Shown: in pieces, positions 9,198 to 19,024 of the stretch
Numbering within the stretch: the first letter of the stretch is position 1
Layout of the letters: every line of letters starts with the position of its first letter
Origin: Candidatus Daviesbacteria bacterium RIFCSPLOWO2_01_FULL_39_23
Lineage (GTDB): Bacteria > Patescibacteriota > Microgenomatia > Daviesbacterales > UBA10151
NCBI GenBank assembly: GCA_001776935.1
Contig: MFDN01000005.1
Span: 68,893 to 132,892, forward strand
DNA length: 64,000 nt
Direction of reading: 5' to 3'
Translations under genes and position numbers: made by a program
The notes under the pieces: generated by a model
Told to the model about the DNA's origin: nothing
Seen by the model: only the letters and a program-made list of their open reading frames with translations
The model's database searches: none

Positions 9198-9211
9198 AGA
9201 CTATAATTGTA

Positions 9212-9682
9212 TCATCTGCGATTTAATATTCTGCTTGTAGAATGATCACCCACCATCTTTGTAACATACCTTAACCTGGCTCCGGTTATCTTAGCAACCC
9301 TTTTATGATAAGAATCCTCATATCCCCTGGTTAAGGCGATTATATTAGGTTTGATTTTTTTTACCAGCTTATTGTAGGACTGCTCTGTTGGCATATACGG
9401 CAACATAACCACATAATCCACCACTTCCAAGGCAGATAGAATTTTAGCCCGATCTTTTTGCATATGAACCGGACGATCAGGGCCTTTTATTTTTTTTAGT
9501 TTTTCATCACTTTCCAATAAAACTATTAAGACATCTCCTGCTTCTTTTGCTTTTTGCAGGAAAATTACATGCCCGGGATGCAAAACATCAAAACATCCGC
9601 CTGCCAAAACGATTTTTTTATTTTCGTCTTTGAGGAGTTTAATAAGGTATGAGATTTTTCTACCTGATAGTACACTTCCCAT
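9212..9682 (-). CDS. Cytidylyl/adenylyltransferase (TagD/RfaE-like)
   Basis: GCFDVLHPGH (HxGH), KGPDRP, STSRI. Confidence 0.85.
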   Translation of the reverse strand: MGSVLSGRKISYLIKLLKDENKKIVLAGGCFDVLHPGHVIFLQKAKEAGDVLIVLLESDEKLKKIKGPDRPVHMQKDRAKILSALEVVDYVVMLPYMPTEQSYNKLVKKIKPNIIALTRGYEDSYHKRVAKITGARLRYVTKMVGDHSTSRILNRR

Positions 9683-9762
9683 TTTTACCTACGATACTTA
9701 ACATGAATCCCTGCGCTGCCCATTTGCTGACGAAAGCTTTTCCATTGCAAGGGCAAATTATA

Positions 9763-10164
9763 TCACAAGGTTGTTTTTCGCTTGGAAGGCTGAATTTCTT
9801 GAGCATAGCTTACCCCACTGCTCTGCTGATGCTTAAGCATGCTTCTTAAGTTTGCAATTTCCTCCTTGAGCTCGTCTAATCGCTCAGCTTGTATCTTTTG
9901 ATCTTGCGCATTTTCCCTTAACATTGCCGGCGAAAGCTGCTCTTTCTGTAATGCTTCTTTTTCAGGCACCAAACCAACCTCTCTGCCTTTATCTACAGAA
10001 CAAAGCACCAATCGGTCAACGCGTAGTTCCAGCTTGCCGTGAACTGCCAAACCGGTATCTAAAACCCTTTCCAGTAAAGTAGCAATGCCTTCTGCGATTT
10101 TTTGACCCACATCCTTCTTCTTCCCTCTGCCTTCGCCTTGCCGGACAAGTTGTTTATCTGCCAT
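9763..10164 (-). CDS. Protein with GvpA/GvpJ-like segment plus coiled coil
   Basis: IATLLERVLDTGLAVHGKLELRV resembles the gas vesicle protein core; start at MADKQ. Confidence 0.5.
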   Translation of the reverse strand: MADKQLVRQGEGRGKKKDVGQKIAEGIATLLERVLDTGLAVHGKLELRVDRLVLCSVDKGREVGLVPEKEALQKEQLSPAMLRENAQDQKIQAERLDELKEEIANLRSMLKHQQSSGVSYAQEIQPSKRKTTL

Positions 10165-10270
10165 AATTCTCACCCCTTTCCAATCATTATTTAGCCAAAT
10201 CATATAACCATATTAAAATAACAAGCGTGTGAATCTTCAGTAAGAACAGTACAAGAAATTTAAAACCATT

Positions 10271-10441
10271 TTAGTTTTTTCTCCACAAGATAATTAAAAT
10301 CGGCATCAGAGCAACACTGATCCCAAGCACCAGATATTCCCCAAATACCGAAGGTTCGCTACCGGTGGTAATATCATCAAGTGCTGCCTAATCAAACACA
10401 AGAATGATTAAAAAAATAGCTGCAATAATTACTCTTCTCAT
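10271..10441 (-). pseudogene. Small two-TM membrane protein with internal TAG
   Basis: MRRVIIAAIFLIILVFD*AALDDITTGSEPSVFGEYLVLGISVALMPILIILWRKN*. Confidence 0.55.
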
Positions 10442-10498
10442 ATGTTAGAACTTATTAATATTAATTAAGATTAAAAATTTCAAAATCGTGGTTGCCCT

Positions 10499-10603
10499 TT
10501 AGATACTTTCCGCCCTGATAATTCCAATCTCAATTATGCGGCCAAAGCGCGAGCTCATGCCGGTGGTTTCCACATCCACAAAGGACAGATTATTGGGAAT
10601 CAT
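10499..10603 (-). pseudogene. Truncated DEDDh 3'-5' exonuclease (DnaQ-like N-terminus)
   Basis: MIPNNLSFVDVETTG...RIIEIGII (ExoI motif), then a stop after 34 aa. Confidence 0.75.
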
Positions 10604-10619
10604 AGACTTTCTTTAAAGT

Positions 10620-11939
10620 TTATTTTTTGTTTTGAAAAATGTGTTTTTCCAAAGAATCCTGCTTTTGCCATTTGGGGTTTTGACGGGTGCACATTTCTAT
10701 TTTATGGGCAGCCTTTTCTGCTTTTTCTTTGGCTTTTTGCACATCCGGATCTGTTGCCAAGACTACTCCCATTCTTCTGTTTAGGTGGGCTTCGTTTTTA
10801 CCAAACAGCAATACGCTGACTCCCGGCTCATTCATTACCTCGCTCAAACGATTATAGCCGGGGTCAAAACCTTCAGAAGGAGCTAAAATGACGTGTGAGG
10901 CAGCCGGCGTTAAAATCGGCACCACATCAAAACCCAGCCTTTTAACGGTGGGGATAGGCAGACCGGTGATGGCCCGGACATGCAAGCCGGCTTCGGAAAA
11001 ACCCAGCTGATGCGAGGCAAAAGTAACCATGCCGGTATCATGCGGTCTGGCGCTGCACTCATTTGCCCAAACCATATCACCCTTAACAAACAGCTCGCAG
11101 CCAAAAACTCCGGGTCCACCCAGGGCATCTGTAACTTTTTTGGCAATCTCATACACTTTTTTTTCTGCTGTCTCGGAAATTTCTGCCAGCTGCCAGCTTG
11201 AGTGGTAATCCCCTCCCCGGGTTTGATATTGGCCGACCGGGTGACAAAACGAAGTTTTAAGCGAGCCCGCTTCGCCCGCGAAGCGAGGCGAGCCATTTAC
11301 AAAATACCTGACCACGAGCTCTGTCACTTCCAAATCAAAATCAATGTTTTTTTCTACAATTAATTTTTCCGCAGAGCCGCGGGCGTGAACTTGAGCTCTT
11401 TCATAAGCTTTTTCTATATCAAGTGGGCTTTTAACCTTAGAAGAACCGGCACCCGAGGAATCCTGAATTGCTTTTACCCAACAAGGAAAGCCGGCCTTTT
11501 TACAAGCAGCTTTTAGCTCTTTTAAAGAAGAAGCATAATAATATTCGGAAACCGGCACACCGGTTTTGACAATCAATTCCCGAATCCTTTCCCTTTGCAT
11601 GGCAGTATAGGTGGCTTTGGCGTTGGGGATAATATTAAATCCTTCTTTTTCCAAATCAAACAGCATATCCAAATTAATGGCTTCTATCTCCGGGACAATA
11701 TAGTCAGGTTTTTCTTTTTCAATTAGGGAACGTAAAAAGGCGGCGTCTTTTAAACTACCGGTGTATGAACGGTGAGCAACTTGTTGACCCGGGGCACCTT
11801 CGTAGCGGTCAACAGCAATGGTAAAAAACCCCAGCCGCATGGCTTCTATAATAACTTCTTTGCCTAACTCTCCTGCACCAAGCAGCATAATCTTGGTAGC
11901 TTTGGCAGATAAAGGTGAATAAAGAATCTGGCGCTTCAT
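10620..11939 (-). CDS. purT: Formate-dependent GAR transformylase
   Basis: LLGAGELGKE, VPEIEAI, SARPHDTGMVT, RRMGV; ATP-grasp fold. Confidence 0.92.
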   Translation of the reverse strand: MKRQILYSPLSAKATKIMLLGAGELGKEVIIEAMRLGFFTIAVDRYEGAPGQQVAHRSYTGSLKDAAFLRSLIEKEKPDYIVPEIEAINLDMLFDLEKEGFNIIPNAKATYTAMQRERIRELIVKTGVPVSEYYYASSLKELKAACKKAGFPCWVKAIQDSSGAGSSKVKSPLDIEKAYERAQVHARGSAEKLIVEKNIDFDLEVTELVVRYFVNGSPRFAGEAGSLKTSFCHPVGQYQTRGGDYHSSWQLAEISETAEKKVYEIAKKVTDALGGPGVFGCELFVKGDMVWANECSARPHDTGMVTFASHQLGFSEAGLHVRAITGLPIPTVKRLGFDVVPILTPAASHVILAPSEGFDPGYNRLSEVMNEPGVSVLLFGKNEAHLNRRMGVVLATDPDVQKAKEKAEKAAHKIEMCTRQNPKWQKQDSLEKHIFQNKK

Positions 11940-11998
11940 TTGGCCATTATGATAATGGGAGGAACTAAAATAATCAAGAAGTTTTAATATTAATAGCC

Positions 11999-12217
11999 TT
12001 AACGGGCATTTCCTCTGGCCAGTTTTGCATCAGCTCTGTTTTTAACTATCAGGGCATTTTTGGCAATCCGTTCTGCATTAATTTGATCAAGAATTTTTTG
12101 ACACTCAGCATCAGGACAAACAGTCTGGGTGCAGGTAACCACAACGGTTCCACTCTTTTCTTCCCAGCTCTTACCATCAATTCTTTGCGTTCCGCATCTG
12201 ACACAGGGATTGTTCAT
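11999..12217 (-). CDS. Small Cys4 zinc-ribbon protein
   Basis: CVRCG ... CPDAEC. Confidence 0.6.
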   Translation of the reverse strand: MNNPCVRCGTQRIDGKSWEEKSGTVVVTCTQTVCPDAECQKILDQINAERIAKNALIVKNRADAKLARGNAR

Positions 12218-12341
12218 AATTTTCTCACTTTGGCTGAGGAACCGCATCTTAACAGAACTGAAGGAATAAAACAATGTTAAGCATGAAAATTCAAATGAGG
12301 TATCGCCTGGATAGCTTTTTCTTTATATACTAAATGAAATT

Positions 12342-13700
12342 ATGCATAGGCTTTTAAACGCCAAGATACTGTTAACTTTTGTAATCTTGCTGGGATTATT
12401 TTCGCTGTGGACCTATAAAGGAATCACTGAGACCGGAATCCATGTTGATTTGGCAAGGGATTTAAATGAAGTCTCTAACCTTTGGATGCATAAAATCGTA
12501 TGGCTGGGACCGATGACAAGTGCCAATTTTCCTGCCAGTCCAATTTATTATTATTTGCTCTTCCCCGGCCTCATCCTAAGCGGTGGAAACGGCTTATCCC
12601 TGATTGTTTCTCAAACTTTTTTTGCCCTTTTTGCCTTAGGCATATTTGCTTTTTTTCAGCTTAAAAAATCTTTTGTTTCTACCATCCTTGTGATATTAAC
12701 CATCGGCCTATCTCCATGGTGGATATCATCTTCATCCTTTATTTGGAATGGGCATATGTATGTTTCGTGGGTATTACTGGCTCTGGTAAGCTTATGGTTT
12801 AAAAAACCTTTATTCATATCGGCTCTTCTATTTGGAGTTTCTATAGCCATTAACCCGGTTGCGGCTATGGCTCTTCCAGTCCTCTTTTATGAATGGATTA
12901 TTGAAAAAAGGCGACTGAAAAATTTAATGCATATTTTATTAGGACTTGCTCTTCCCTGGACTCCAATAATCCTTTTTGAAATCATCACCAAAGGTTTTCT
13001 GACTCGTCACTGGCTTCAATACCCTTCTTCTGCCGGAATAACATTTATTCCCAATTTGGGAAATATCATACGTCTTATAAATACAATATATTTACCCAAT
13101 ACAATTGTAGCAATTATTGCTGCAATTTTAACCTTCTTGATGGGATCAAAAAGGGAAAGATATTGGCTTATTTTTATTTCCCTTCCTTTACTCTTCCTGG
13201 CGTTTACTTCCCCTCTTAGGCAATATTACACATTAGGTTTAATCTGCGCGCTAAGTTTTATTTTTGTCATGATTTGGTCCTCTAAAACAATCGGGAAGAT
13301 AATATTGGTAATTATGATTTTTTTATACACTCAAACAATAACATTCACCCCTCTCTCTTTTGCCGGGCGTTCAATCCAAAGAATGGATAATGCGGTAAAT
13401 ACCTTTATACAAAATAATAATTTGGATAAAACAAAAAAGTACGCTGTTGTTTCAGTAAGAGATACACAAAATTCTACCCCACAGGCAGATGACTTCCGAT
13501 TTTTCTTAAGAACAAAGGGAATAAATGCCTTAAATATTGATGAGTACCCGCAAGCTGATAATTTGATCCTTTTTGTTGAAGTTCCAAATTTTAAATGGCA
13601 GGAATGGGAAGATTGGCATATACTACGGTTTGGTAAAAAAAGATTTCTTTCCAATCAAAACATTGATGGAATAGAGATTGTAATGTATGAGAAAGAATGA
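12342..13700 (+). CDS. GT-C (ArnT/PMT-like) membrane glycosyltransferase
   Basis: DLARD, LGP, P.YYY motifs; ~11 TM helices. Confidence 0.7.
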   Translation: MHRLLNAKILLTFVILLGLFSLWTYKGITETGIHVDLARDLNEVSNLWMHKIVWLGPMTSANFPASPIYYYLLFPGLILSGGNGLSLIVSQTFFALFALGIFAFFQLKKSFVSTILVILTIGLSPWWISSSSFIWNGHMYVSWVLLALVSLWFKKPLFISALLFGVSIAINPVAAMALPVLFYEWIIEKRRLKNLMHILLGLALPWTPIILFEIITKGFLTRHWLQYPSSAGITFIPNLGNIIRLINTIYLPNTIVAIIAAILTFLMGSKRERYWLIFISLPLLFLAFTSPLRQYYTLGLICALSFIFVMIWSSKTIGKIILVIMIFLYTQTITFTPLSFAGRSIQRMDNAVNTFIQNNNLDKTKKYAVVSVRDTQNSTPQADDFRFFLRTKGINALNIDEYPQADNLILFVEVPNFKWQEWEDWHILRFGKKRFLSNQNIDGIEIVMYEKE

Positions 13701-13737
13701 ATTGGACAATAAATTCTTACAGGTGTAAAATACGCTC

Positions 13738-14511
13738 ATGGGCTTTCTCTTTAGTATCCCGGGACTGATTTTCCTTTTTATTATCTTTGTAATTATCCCT
13801 TCCATAAAACAGGTGAACCAATACGAACGCGGGGTGCGTTTCCGTTTTGGAAAATTTAAAGATGAAATGATACCCGGCTGGAGAATTGTCTGGCCAATAA
13901 TTGAAAGCTGGCAAAGAATAGATATCCGGGTTAAAGCTGTAGATGTCCCTGATCAGGAAGCCATTACAAAAGATAATGTTTCAGCCCGCGTTAATGCCGT
14001 TATCTATTACAGGATAGACGCCGCCCAAAAAGCAGTATTGGAAGTACAAGACTTTTTTTACGCCGTTTCCCAACTTGCACAAACCACTATGAGAAATGTT
14101 ATCGGAGAAACATCTTTGGATGATCTTTTGTCTAAAAGAAACGAAGTTGCCGATAAAATTCAAAGGATTATTGATAAGGCAACTGATCCATGGGGCGTTA
14201 AAGTTGAATCGGTAGAGCTAAAAGATATAATTTTGCCCGATGAGATGAAACGGGTCATTGCCCGTCAGGCAGAGGCAGAAAGAGAAAGAAGGGCAATAGT
14301 TATCCGGGCAGAAGGTGAAAAAGCAGCGGCAGAAAATATTGCCATTGCAGCAGGGAGGCTTGCCAAAACCACCGGAGGATTACATATAAGAACACTGCAA
14401 ACCCTTTCAGAAGTATCGGCAGATAAAAATAACACCATTGTATTTGTCACTCCTTTGGAAATATTACGGGCCTTTGAAGGCCTGGTCAAAAAAGTTAAAC
14501 CCACTAAATAA
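13738..14511 (+). CDS. SPFH/band 7 (stomatin-like) protein
   Basis: YERGV.FRFG, ITKDNV, AQTTMRNVIG, QAEAERERRA. Confidence 0.95.
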   Translation: MGFLFSIPGLIFLFIIFVIIPSIKQVNQYERGVRFRFGKFKDEMIPGWRIVWPIIESWQRIDIRVKAVDVPDQEAITKDNVSARVNAVIYYRIDAAQKAVLEVQDFFYAVSQLAQTTMRNVIGETSLDDLLSKRNEVADKIQRIIDKATDPWGVKVESVELKDIILPDEMKRVIARQAEAERERRAIVIRAEGEKAAAENIAIAAGRLAKTTGGLHIRTLQTLSEVSADKNNTIVFVTPLEILRAFEGLVKKVKPTK

Positions 14512-14550
14512 TTTTAGACTCCGAGGATAATCTGTGTTAAATTAACCACT

Positions 14551-15144
14551 ATGTTTTTGATAAAAGATGATTTTTGGCAGGTGAAGCGGACAAAAGAAAA
14601 AGGTCTTGGCATCTTTGCCAAAAAAGGAATAGAGGCAGGCACTATAATCGGCGATTACCTTGGAAAGGTAATAGAAACCGCACGATATGATTTTAATAAT
14701 GATAAAGACGGGCTCTATTTAATGTATTATACGGACGAAGCCTCAATTTATCCGAACCTTAAAAAACCCGGCATTCACCTTTTAAATCATTCCTGTGCGC
14801 CAAACTGTTGGATATATACATACCAATATCATACGCTGTTTTTTGCACTGCGGAATATTAAACCCACTGAAGAGCTCACAATCTCCTACCTGCTAAGCCC
14901 CAAAGGAAAAAGCTGTAATCCCTGCAAACACATCTGCAAATGCAACAGCAAATTCTGCACAGGCACAATGCATTTATCAAAAGATAAATATAAAAAATGG
15001 CAAAAATTTCAAGATAACCAAAATAATAAAAAAGCCGCAAAACCACAGGTTATTTTTAATAAAAATTTGCCAAAGCTAACTTCTTACCCGAAAATAATCC
15101 CCACCAACCCAACTATTATCTCTTTGTTCTTCCCGCATGGATAA
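14551..15144 (+). CDS. SET-domain protein with post-SET Cys cluster
   Basis: GLGIFA, NHSCAPN, EELTISY, CKCNSKFC. Confidence 0.9.
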   Translation: MFLIKDDFWQVKRTKEKGLGIFAKKGIEAGTIIGDYLGKVIETARYDFNNDKDGLYLMYYTDEASIYPNLKKPGIHLLNHSCAPNCWIYTYQYHTLFFALRNIKPTEELTISYLLSPKGKSCNPCKHICKCNSKFCTGTMHLSKDKYKKWQKFQDNQNNKKAAKPQVIFNKNLPKLTSYPKIIPTNPTIISLFFPHG

Positions 15145-15161
15145 TCACATAGCCTAAAAGG

Positions 15162-15647
15162 CTACATCGTTATTTCTGTCGTACTTAATTCTTCAAGCTT
15201 AGCGATCAATTCTTCCTTTGTGTAGTTAGAAGTATCTATTTGTTTATTTTCAAAAACCCTTAATCCCTCAATGATTCTTCGGGCAAAAACCGCCTCCTTT
15301 TTTCTCAAATTTTTTATTCTGATTTCATTCTGAGTAGAAGTTTTTGAAACGATAACCAGTTGAGCAAAAAAAGGTGCCGTATTGATAAATATATTTGATA
15401 TATCTTTTATATCAACACTGTGCACTTGAGAAGAAGAGAAAAAACTACGGGTGATTATGGTAATCCTCCCCTCTTCTATATTAATGGTGTTTGGAAATAG
15501 ATCAAAAGGAAATCCATGCGAAGAAATGCTCACCAGTATTCGATTGGATTTCCTAACTAAACCCTCTACGGTATTTTTATCTGCACTTTTCTTATCGCTC
15601 GTAATTTGTTCATTTCTTTTAATATCCATAGTTTCACTGGACATCAT
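15162..15647 (-). CDS. Hypothetical protein (PH-like)
   Basis: 161-aa ORF overlapping the upstream small gene. Confidence 0.65.
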   Translation of the reverse strand: MMSSETMDIKRNEQITSDKKSADKNTVEGLVRKSNRILVSISSHGFPFDLFPNTINIEEGRITIITRSFFSSSQVHSVDIKDISNIFINTAPFFAQLVIVSKTSTQNEIRIKNLRKKEAVFARRIIEGLRVFENKQIDTSNYTKEELIAKLEELSTTEITM

Positions 15648-15787
15648 TTGATGATACCCAATCCAAGAAGTCCAATAATAATAAGGTACCCGGCTATCAG
15701 ATAGTTAAGAAATTTCGGAAAAATAAGAATCAATACTCCAAATGCTAATGAAGCCAAGGGAGTTAAATTTGCAAAAGATATACTCAT
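15644..15787 (-). CDS. Small membrane protein, DUF3096-like (47 aa, not in ORF track)
   Basis: MSISFANLTPLASLAFGVLILIFPKFLNYLIAGYLIIIGLLGLGIIK. Confidence 0.7.
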   Translation of the reverse strand: MSISFANLTPLASLAFGVLILIFPKFLNYLIAGYLIIIGLLGLGIIK

Positions 15788-15957
15788 ATATTATCACCCC
15801 CTCTCCAACAACTCATTTTTTGGACCGATGGCTAAAAAGCAATAACCAATCAGCGGTCTTATCTAAACACTTTTTTAATAAAACCGATATAGCGCTAACT
15901 GTATCTTATAATCGTAAGAAATCAGGCAGAAAACTGCACCTTCTTGGTAAGACAAAC

Positions 15958-16010
15958 AAATACTTTTTCTCTAAAAGCAGGTATAGTTTGACGTTTTGCC
16001 GCATTAAATT
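15958..16010 (-). pseudogene. Relic 3' end of a Fic gene
   Basis: Near-copy of 17961-18011 (LNAAKRQT.PAFREK). Confidence 0.75.
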
Positions 16011-16043
16011 CAGGTTGTTTTTCTGGTTCGAGCAAGACAAGTT

Positions 16044-16131
16044 TGGCTCCGCTGAGTTGGTACACTTACTTGTCGTGAGGAGTCTTCGACGAAGGAGAAC
16101 TGACAATATTGGAATCAAACGACAATTTTGA
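16044..16131 (+). mobile_element. Relic att junction (TGGCTCC core plus open tail GSAELVHLLVVRSLRRRRTDNIGIKRQF*)
   Basis: Ungapped similarity to 17844-17931 begins exactly at TGGCTCC, which matches the tRNA-Asn 3' end at 33165. Confidence 0.6.
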
Positions 16132-16139
16132 ACCTGTTT

Positions 16140-16529
16140 TTATTTAGCTGCCAATTTATTTAAATCTTTATCAAAAGTAAAAAGAGTAGAATTATTTTCT
16201 TTGGCTTTACATATCAAAAAACAATCAACAAAATCAATATTTTTACTTTTGCAAGCCTCCAACGCTTCTTTAAAAACCATCCTATCTTCAATATCGAGAT
16301 ATGAGGTCACTAAAAGAGTATTCACCTTCTCTATTACTTCAGCTTTGGGAAATTTATAGTATTTATCCAAGGCAAATAAGACTTCAAATATTATTATTTG
16401 GGGAACAAATATCCTTAGTTTTCCTGATTTAGCTTTAATTAATATATTTGCTGCTTCTTTGGCTTGACTTGGAATATCGTCTAGTAGAAACCTTAAAAAG
16501 ACATTTGCATCCAGTGTTGAAGATTCCAT
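16140..16529 (-). CDS. PIN-domain (VapC-like) toxin
   Basis: LDANVFLR, E, DFVDC, TFDKDL acidic PIN residues. Confidence 0.9.
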   Translation of the reverse strand: MESSTLDANVFLRFLLDDIPSQAKEAANILIKAKSGKLRIFVPQIIIFEVLFALDKYYKFPKAEVIEKVNTLLVTSYLDIEDRMVFKEALEACKSKNIDFVDCFLICKAKENNSTLFTFDKDLNKLAAK

Positions 16530-16533
16530 TAAG

Positions 16534-16773
16534 TTATATAGATTTTTTGGCTATATATCCCTCAAATGCTTTACGAATCTCTTTTGGATAAGCTTGTATA
16601 TTAGTTTTTAATGAACCCTTAAGATCCAGCAGATCTTTTACCGGCTCTATAACAAGTTTGCCGTCTTTTTCTGTAACTATAGCTTTTTTAGATTTGTCTA
16701 AGCCTAGCTTCCGACGGATAGGAGCTGGAATACTTATTTGACCTTGAGAAGTAATTGAAACCATGTATGCCAT
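16534..16773 (-). CDS. AbrB/MazE-type antitoxin
   Basis: ITSQGQISIPAPIRRKLGL; upstream of the PIN gene. Confidence 0.9.
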   Translation of the reverse strand: MAYMVSITSQGQISIPAPIRRKLGLDKSKKAIVTEKDGKLVIEPVKDLLDLKGSLKTNIQAYPKEIRKAFEGYIAKKSI

Positions 16774-16909
16774 ACATTACTTATACCATATTACATTATA
16801 TTTGTCAAGATACATTAAATTAAAAACTCAATTAAAGAACTACTTTCTTCTCGCCTTTTACATATTGGCTAATCAGCAAGTTAATAACATTAGAAGTTAT
16901 TTACCAGAA

Positions 16910-17218
16910 CTATTTGAAAACTCCTGAAAAAAGCAGAATCAGGACAACAGCAGTCATAATTGCAAAGATTCCAACAGTTTTAACAAACAGGTTTACTGCT
17001 TCTTTTTTCTTACCTTCAATAAAAAGTAGAAATGGTTGATAAAAAAACAGGAACGCCATGACTGCTGCAGAAAGGGTAAACACGAATAAGGCCGTGATCG
17101 GGGCAAAAAAAGTATCTGGTTTATTCTTTAAAGGTTGCGTCACAAAGGTCATAACAGAGACAACAAGGATTATATAGGCTGAAGCACTCAGTGCATTAAT
17201 AATAGGATTTTTGGACAT
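16910..17218 (-). CDS. Three-TM membrane protein
   Basis: Hydrophobic helices. Confidence 0.7.
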   Translation of the reverse strand: MSKNPIINALSASAYIILVVSVMTFVTQPLKNKPDTFFAPITALFVFTLSAAVMAFLFFYQPFLLFIEGKKKEAVNLFVKTVGIFAIMTAVVLILLFSGVFK

Positions 17219-17236
17219 ATATTAATTATACCAAGC

Positions 17237-17293
17237 TGGCTCTGTTTAATGTCGGATGTTAGAACTTATTATTCTAAACAAGTTTTTGTTTAA
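17237..17293 (+). mobile_element. Relic att junction (TGGCTC plus tail WLCLMSDVRTYYSKQVFV*)
   Basis: Same core and WL-x6-R spacing as the junction at 20261. Confidence 0.55.
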
Positions 17294-17778
17294 GCTGACT
17301 TAAAGTGTTCCACCACTCCATTTAGCATTTGGCGGACACACCATTTAGCATACATATCCCCAAAAAGAACTCCCAATAATTTAGAAACTCCTGTTGGGAA
17401 GTCGTAATCAATAAATATCTTTAATTTCGATTCCTCGTTTTCAGGAACTATCTCTACCCCCATTTGATAGTTCCCAATCACAAGTAGTGTTACATTCCCA
17501 ACTGTTTCCCATGCTTTTCGATGTGGCGGATTATATTCAGTAACAACCTCTTCCAGAAAGAGATTTATTCCCAACACCTTACCGCTCATTCGAATGTGTG
17601 AGCCTACTTTTTGCCCATTGCCTTCATCTACCTGCGTTTCCATTTTTCCTCCACCCATCATCCACGAGGACTTATTCATATGTGATGAGAAAGCATTATG
17701 GTCATCAATGAAATTAAAAGCATCATTAGGAGATGCCTGAATCAGAGCAGCTTCCTGGTAATGATGAGAATACGTCAT
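17290..17778 (-). CDS. SRPBCC/polyketide-cyclase-like protein
   Basis: I.ASP...F.FIDD, VTEYNPP...AW pattern. Confidence 0.75.
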   Translation of the reverse strand: MTYSHHYQEAALIQASPNDAFNFIDDHNAFSSHMNKSSWMMGGGKMETQVDEGNGQKVGSHIRMSGKVLGINLFLEEVVTEYNPPHRKAWETVGNVTLLVIGNYQMGVEIVPENEESKLKIFIDYDFPTGVSKLLGVLFGDMYAKWCVRQMLNGVVEHFKSA

Positions 17779-17843
17779 GCTTTAAGTATATCAATAGTTT
17801 GAACTGTCCATTAGGGGTAATAAAAATTTAAGGCTAAAATTAC

Positions 17844-17931
17844 TGGCTCCACGGATTTGGCAAACTTACTTGTTTTAAAGGATCTTCGACAAAAGAGGAC
17901 TGGTTATATTGGAATCGCAGAATGCCTATAA
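17844..17931 (+). mobile_element. Relic att junction (TGGCTCC plus tail GSTDLANLLVLKDLRQKRTGYIGIAECL*)
   Basis: Homologous to 16044-16131, with the stop codon at the same position. Confidence 0.6.
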
Positions 17932-17939
17932 ACCAATAT

Positions 17940-18812
17940 TTATCTAATACCTATCTTCCAAATACCTTTTTCCCTAAAAGCCGGTACAGTTTGACGTTTT
18001 GCCGCATTTAAAACTACAGGAGCTGGTTTACCGGTCTTTATTGCATACTCAGTTGCCTCAATAATCTTACTACCCTTCAAGTAGGCTATTCTTTTATGTA
18101 AAGCTTCCATAAGTGCAAGCGATATCAGTCTCTCCATTATTTGAGTTTTTTTGTCATCACGAAACTCTATAAAAGAACTGTAATAATCTGTTTTTTCTTT
18201 ATCGCGGATAATTATACCCGGAAAACCGAATCTATAAAGCTGATAATTTATAATTACCCGTCCAATTCTGCCATTACCATCGTTAAAAGGATGAATTGTT
18301 TCGAATTGCAAATGGAATTTAGCAACCTTGTCTGCAAAATATGTACTTTGATCGCTTGAGTATTCAATTAAAGCTTCTTCAATCATTCTTTCTATATGCT
18401 CCGGAGGCGGAGCAATAAAACTGCCAACGCGCACATATTCCCCTTTTTTACGTAATCTGCCGGCAATCTTTTCATCAATATTTCCTATTAACATCTGATG
18501 AAACAACAATATAGTTTCTTTGGAAAGTTCTTCCGCAATCTTACCCTGGATATATTCCATAACCCGAGCTAAATTTTTTGCTTCAAACACTTCACGTAAG
18601 GAGACATTTTTTGATATTTCCATCTCTAGAAGGATTTTTTCGGTTTCTTTAAGAGTTAATGTGGAGTTTTCTATAGCATTGGAGTTATAAACACTTTCTG
18701 GGATTTCAGCTTCATCAATAATTTTAAGTAAAGACAGCTTGCCTATCTTTAAACGATCATATTCTTTTTTTAGGGTTTCTATTCTTTTTTGAAGGAAAAG
18801 AGGAGTTGGCAT
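17940..18812 (-). CDS. Fic-family protein
   Basis: SNAIEN inhibitory motif, canonical HPFNDGNGRIGR. Confidence 0.95.
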   Translation of the reverse strand: MPTPLFLQKRIETLKKEYDRLKIGKLSLLKIIDEAEIPESVYNSNAIENSTLTLKETEKILLEMEISKNVSLREVFEAKNLARVMEYIQGKIAEELSKETILLFHQMLIGNIDEKIAGRLRKKGEYVRVGSFIAPPPEHIERMIEEALIEYSSDQSTYFADKVAKFHLQFETIHPFNDGNGRIGRVIINYQLYRFGFPGIIIRDKEKTDYYSSFIEFRDDKKTQIMERLISLALMEALHKRIAYLKGSKIIEATEYAIKTGKPAPVVLNAAKRQTVPAFREKGIWKIGIR

Positions 18813-18983
18813 GATGAAATTATTATATCAGATTCACGTTATTTTGTCAAATTAGCGTGAATCGACTGCCATTTACGGTATAAATTCATGCTTTTTGACT
18901 CAAGAAGCGTAATTTTAATATGAGCACGCTCCTGCTTTGCAGTAACCATGAGTTTATTACATATTATCAAGATATTGACTCCT

Positions 18984-19024
18984 GCGTATCATTATGATAC
19001 GCTAGAAACATATGAATGATACGC
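18984..19024 (+). promoter_or_regulatory. Palindromic operator upstream of the HTH-Fic gene
   Basis: GCGTATCAT-T-ATGATACGC (18984-19002), a third half-site ATGATACGC at 19016, and TTGACT just upstream. Confidence 0.65.

Noticed and set aside
10271-10441. Stop-codon reassignment suggested by an internal TAG
   Set aside because: Single case next to another pseudogene. TAG and TGA end normal genes elsewhere, and long ORFs are intact in code 11.
10442-10457. 16-nt match (ATGTTAGAACTTATTA) to the 17237 junction tail
   Set aside because: AT-rich and lacks the TGGCTC core at the expected offset; cannot be supported as an att relic.
16866-16910. Further att-like junctions at 16866 and 12231 (TGGCT...AGAA)
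   Set aside because: Core is imperfect and spacing is off by 1-2 nt; compatible with chance.
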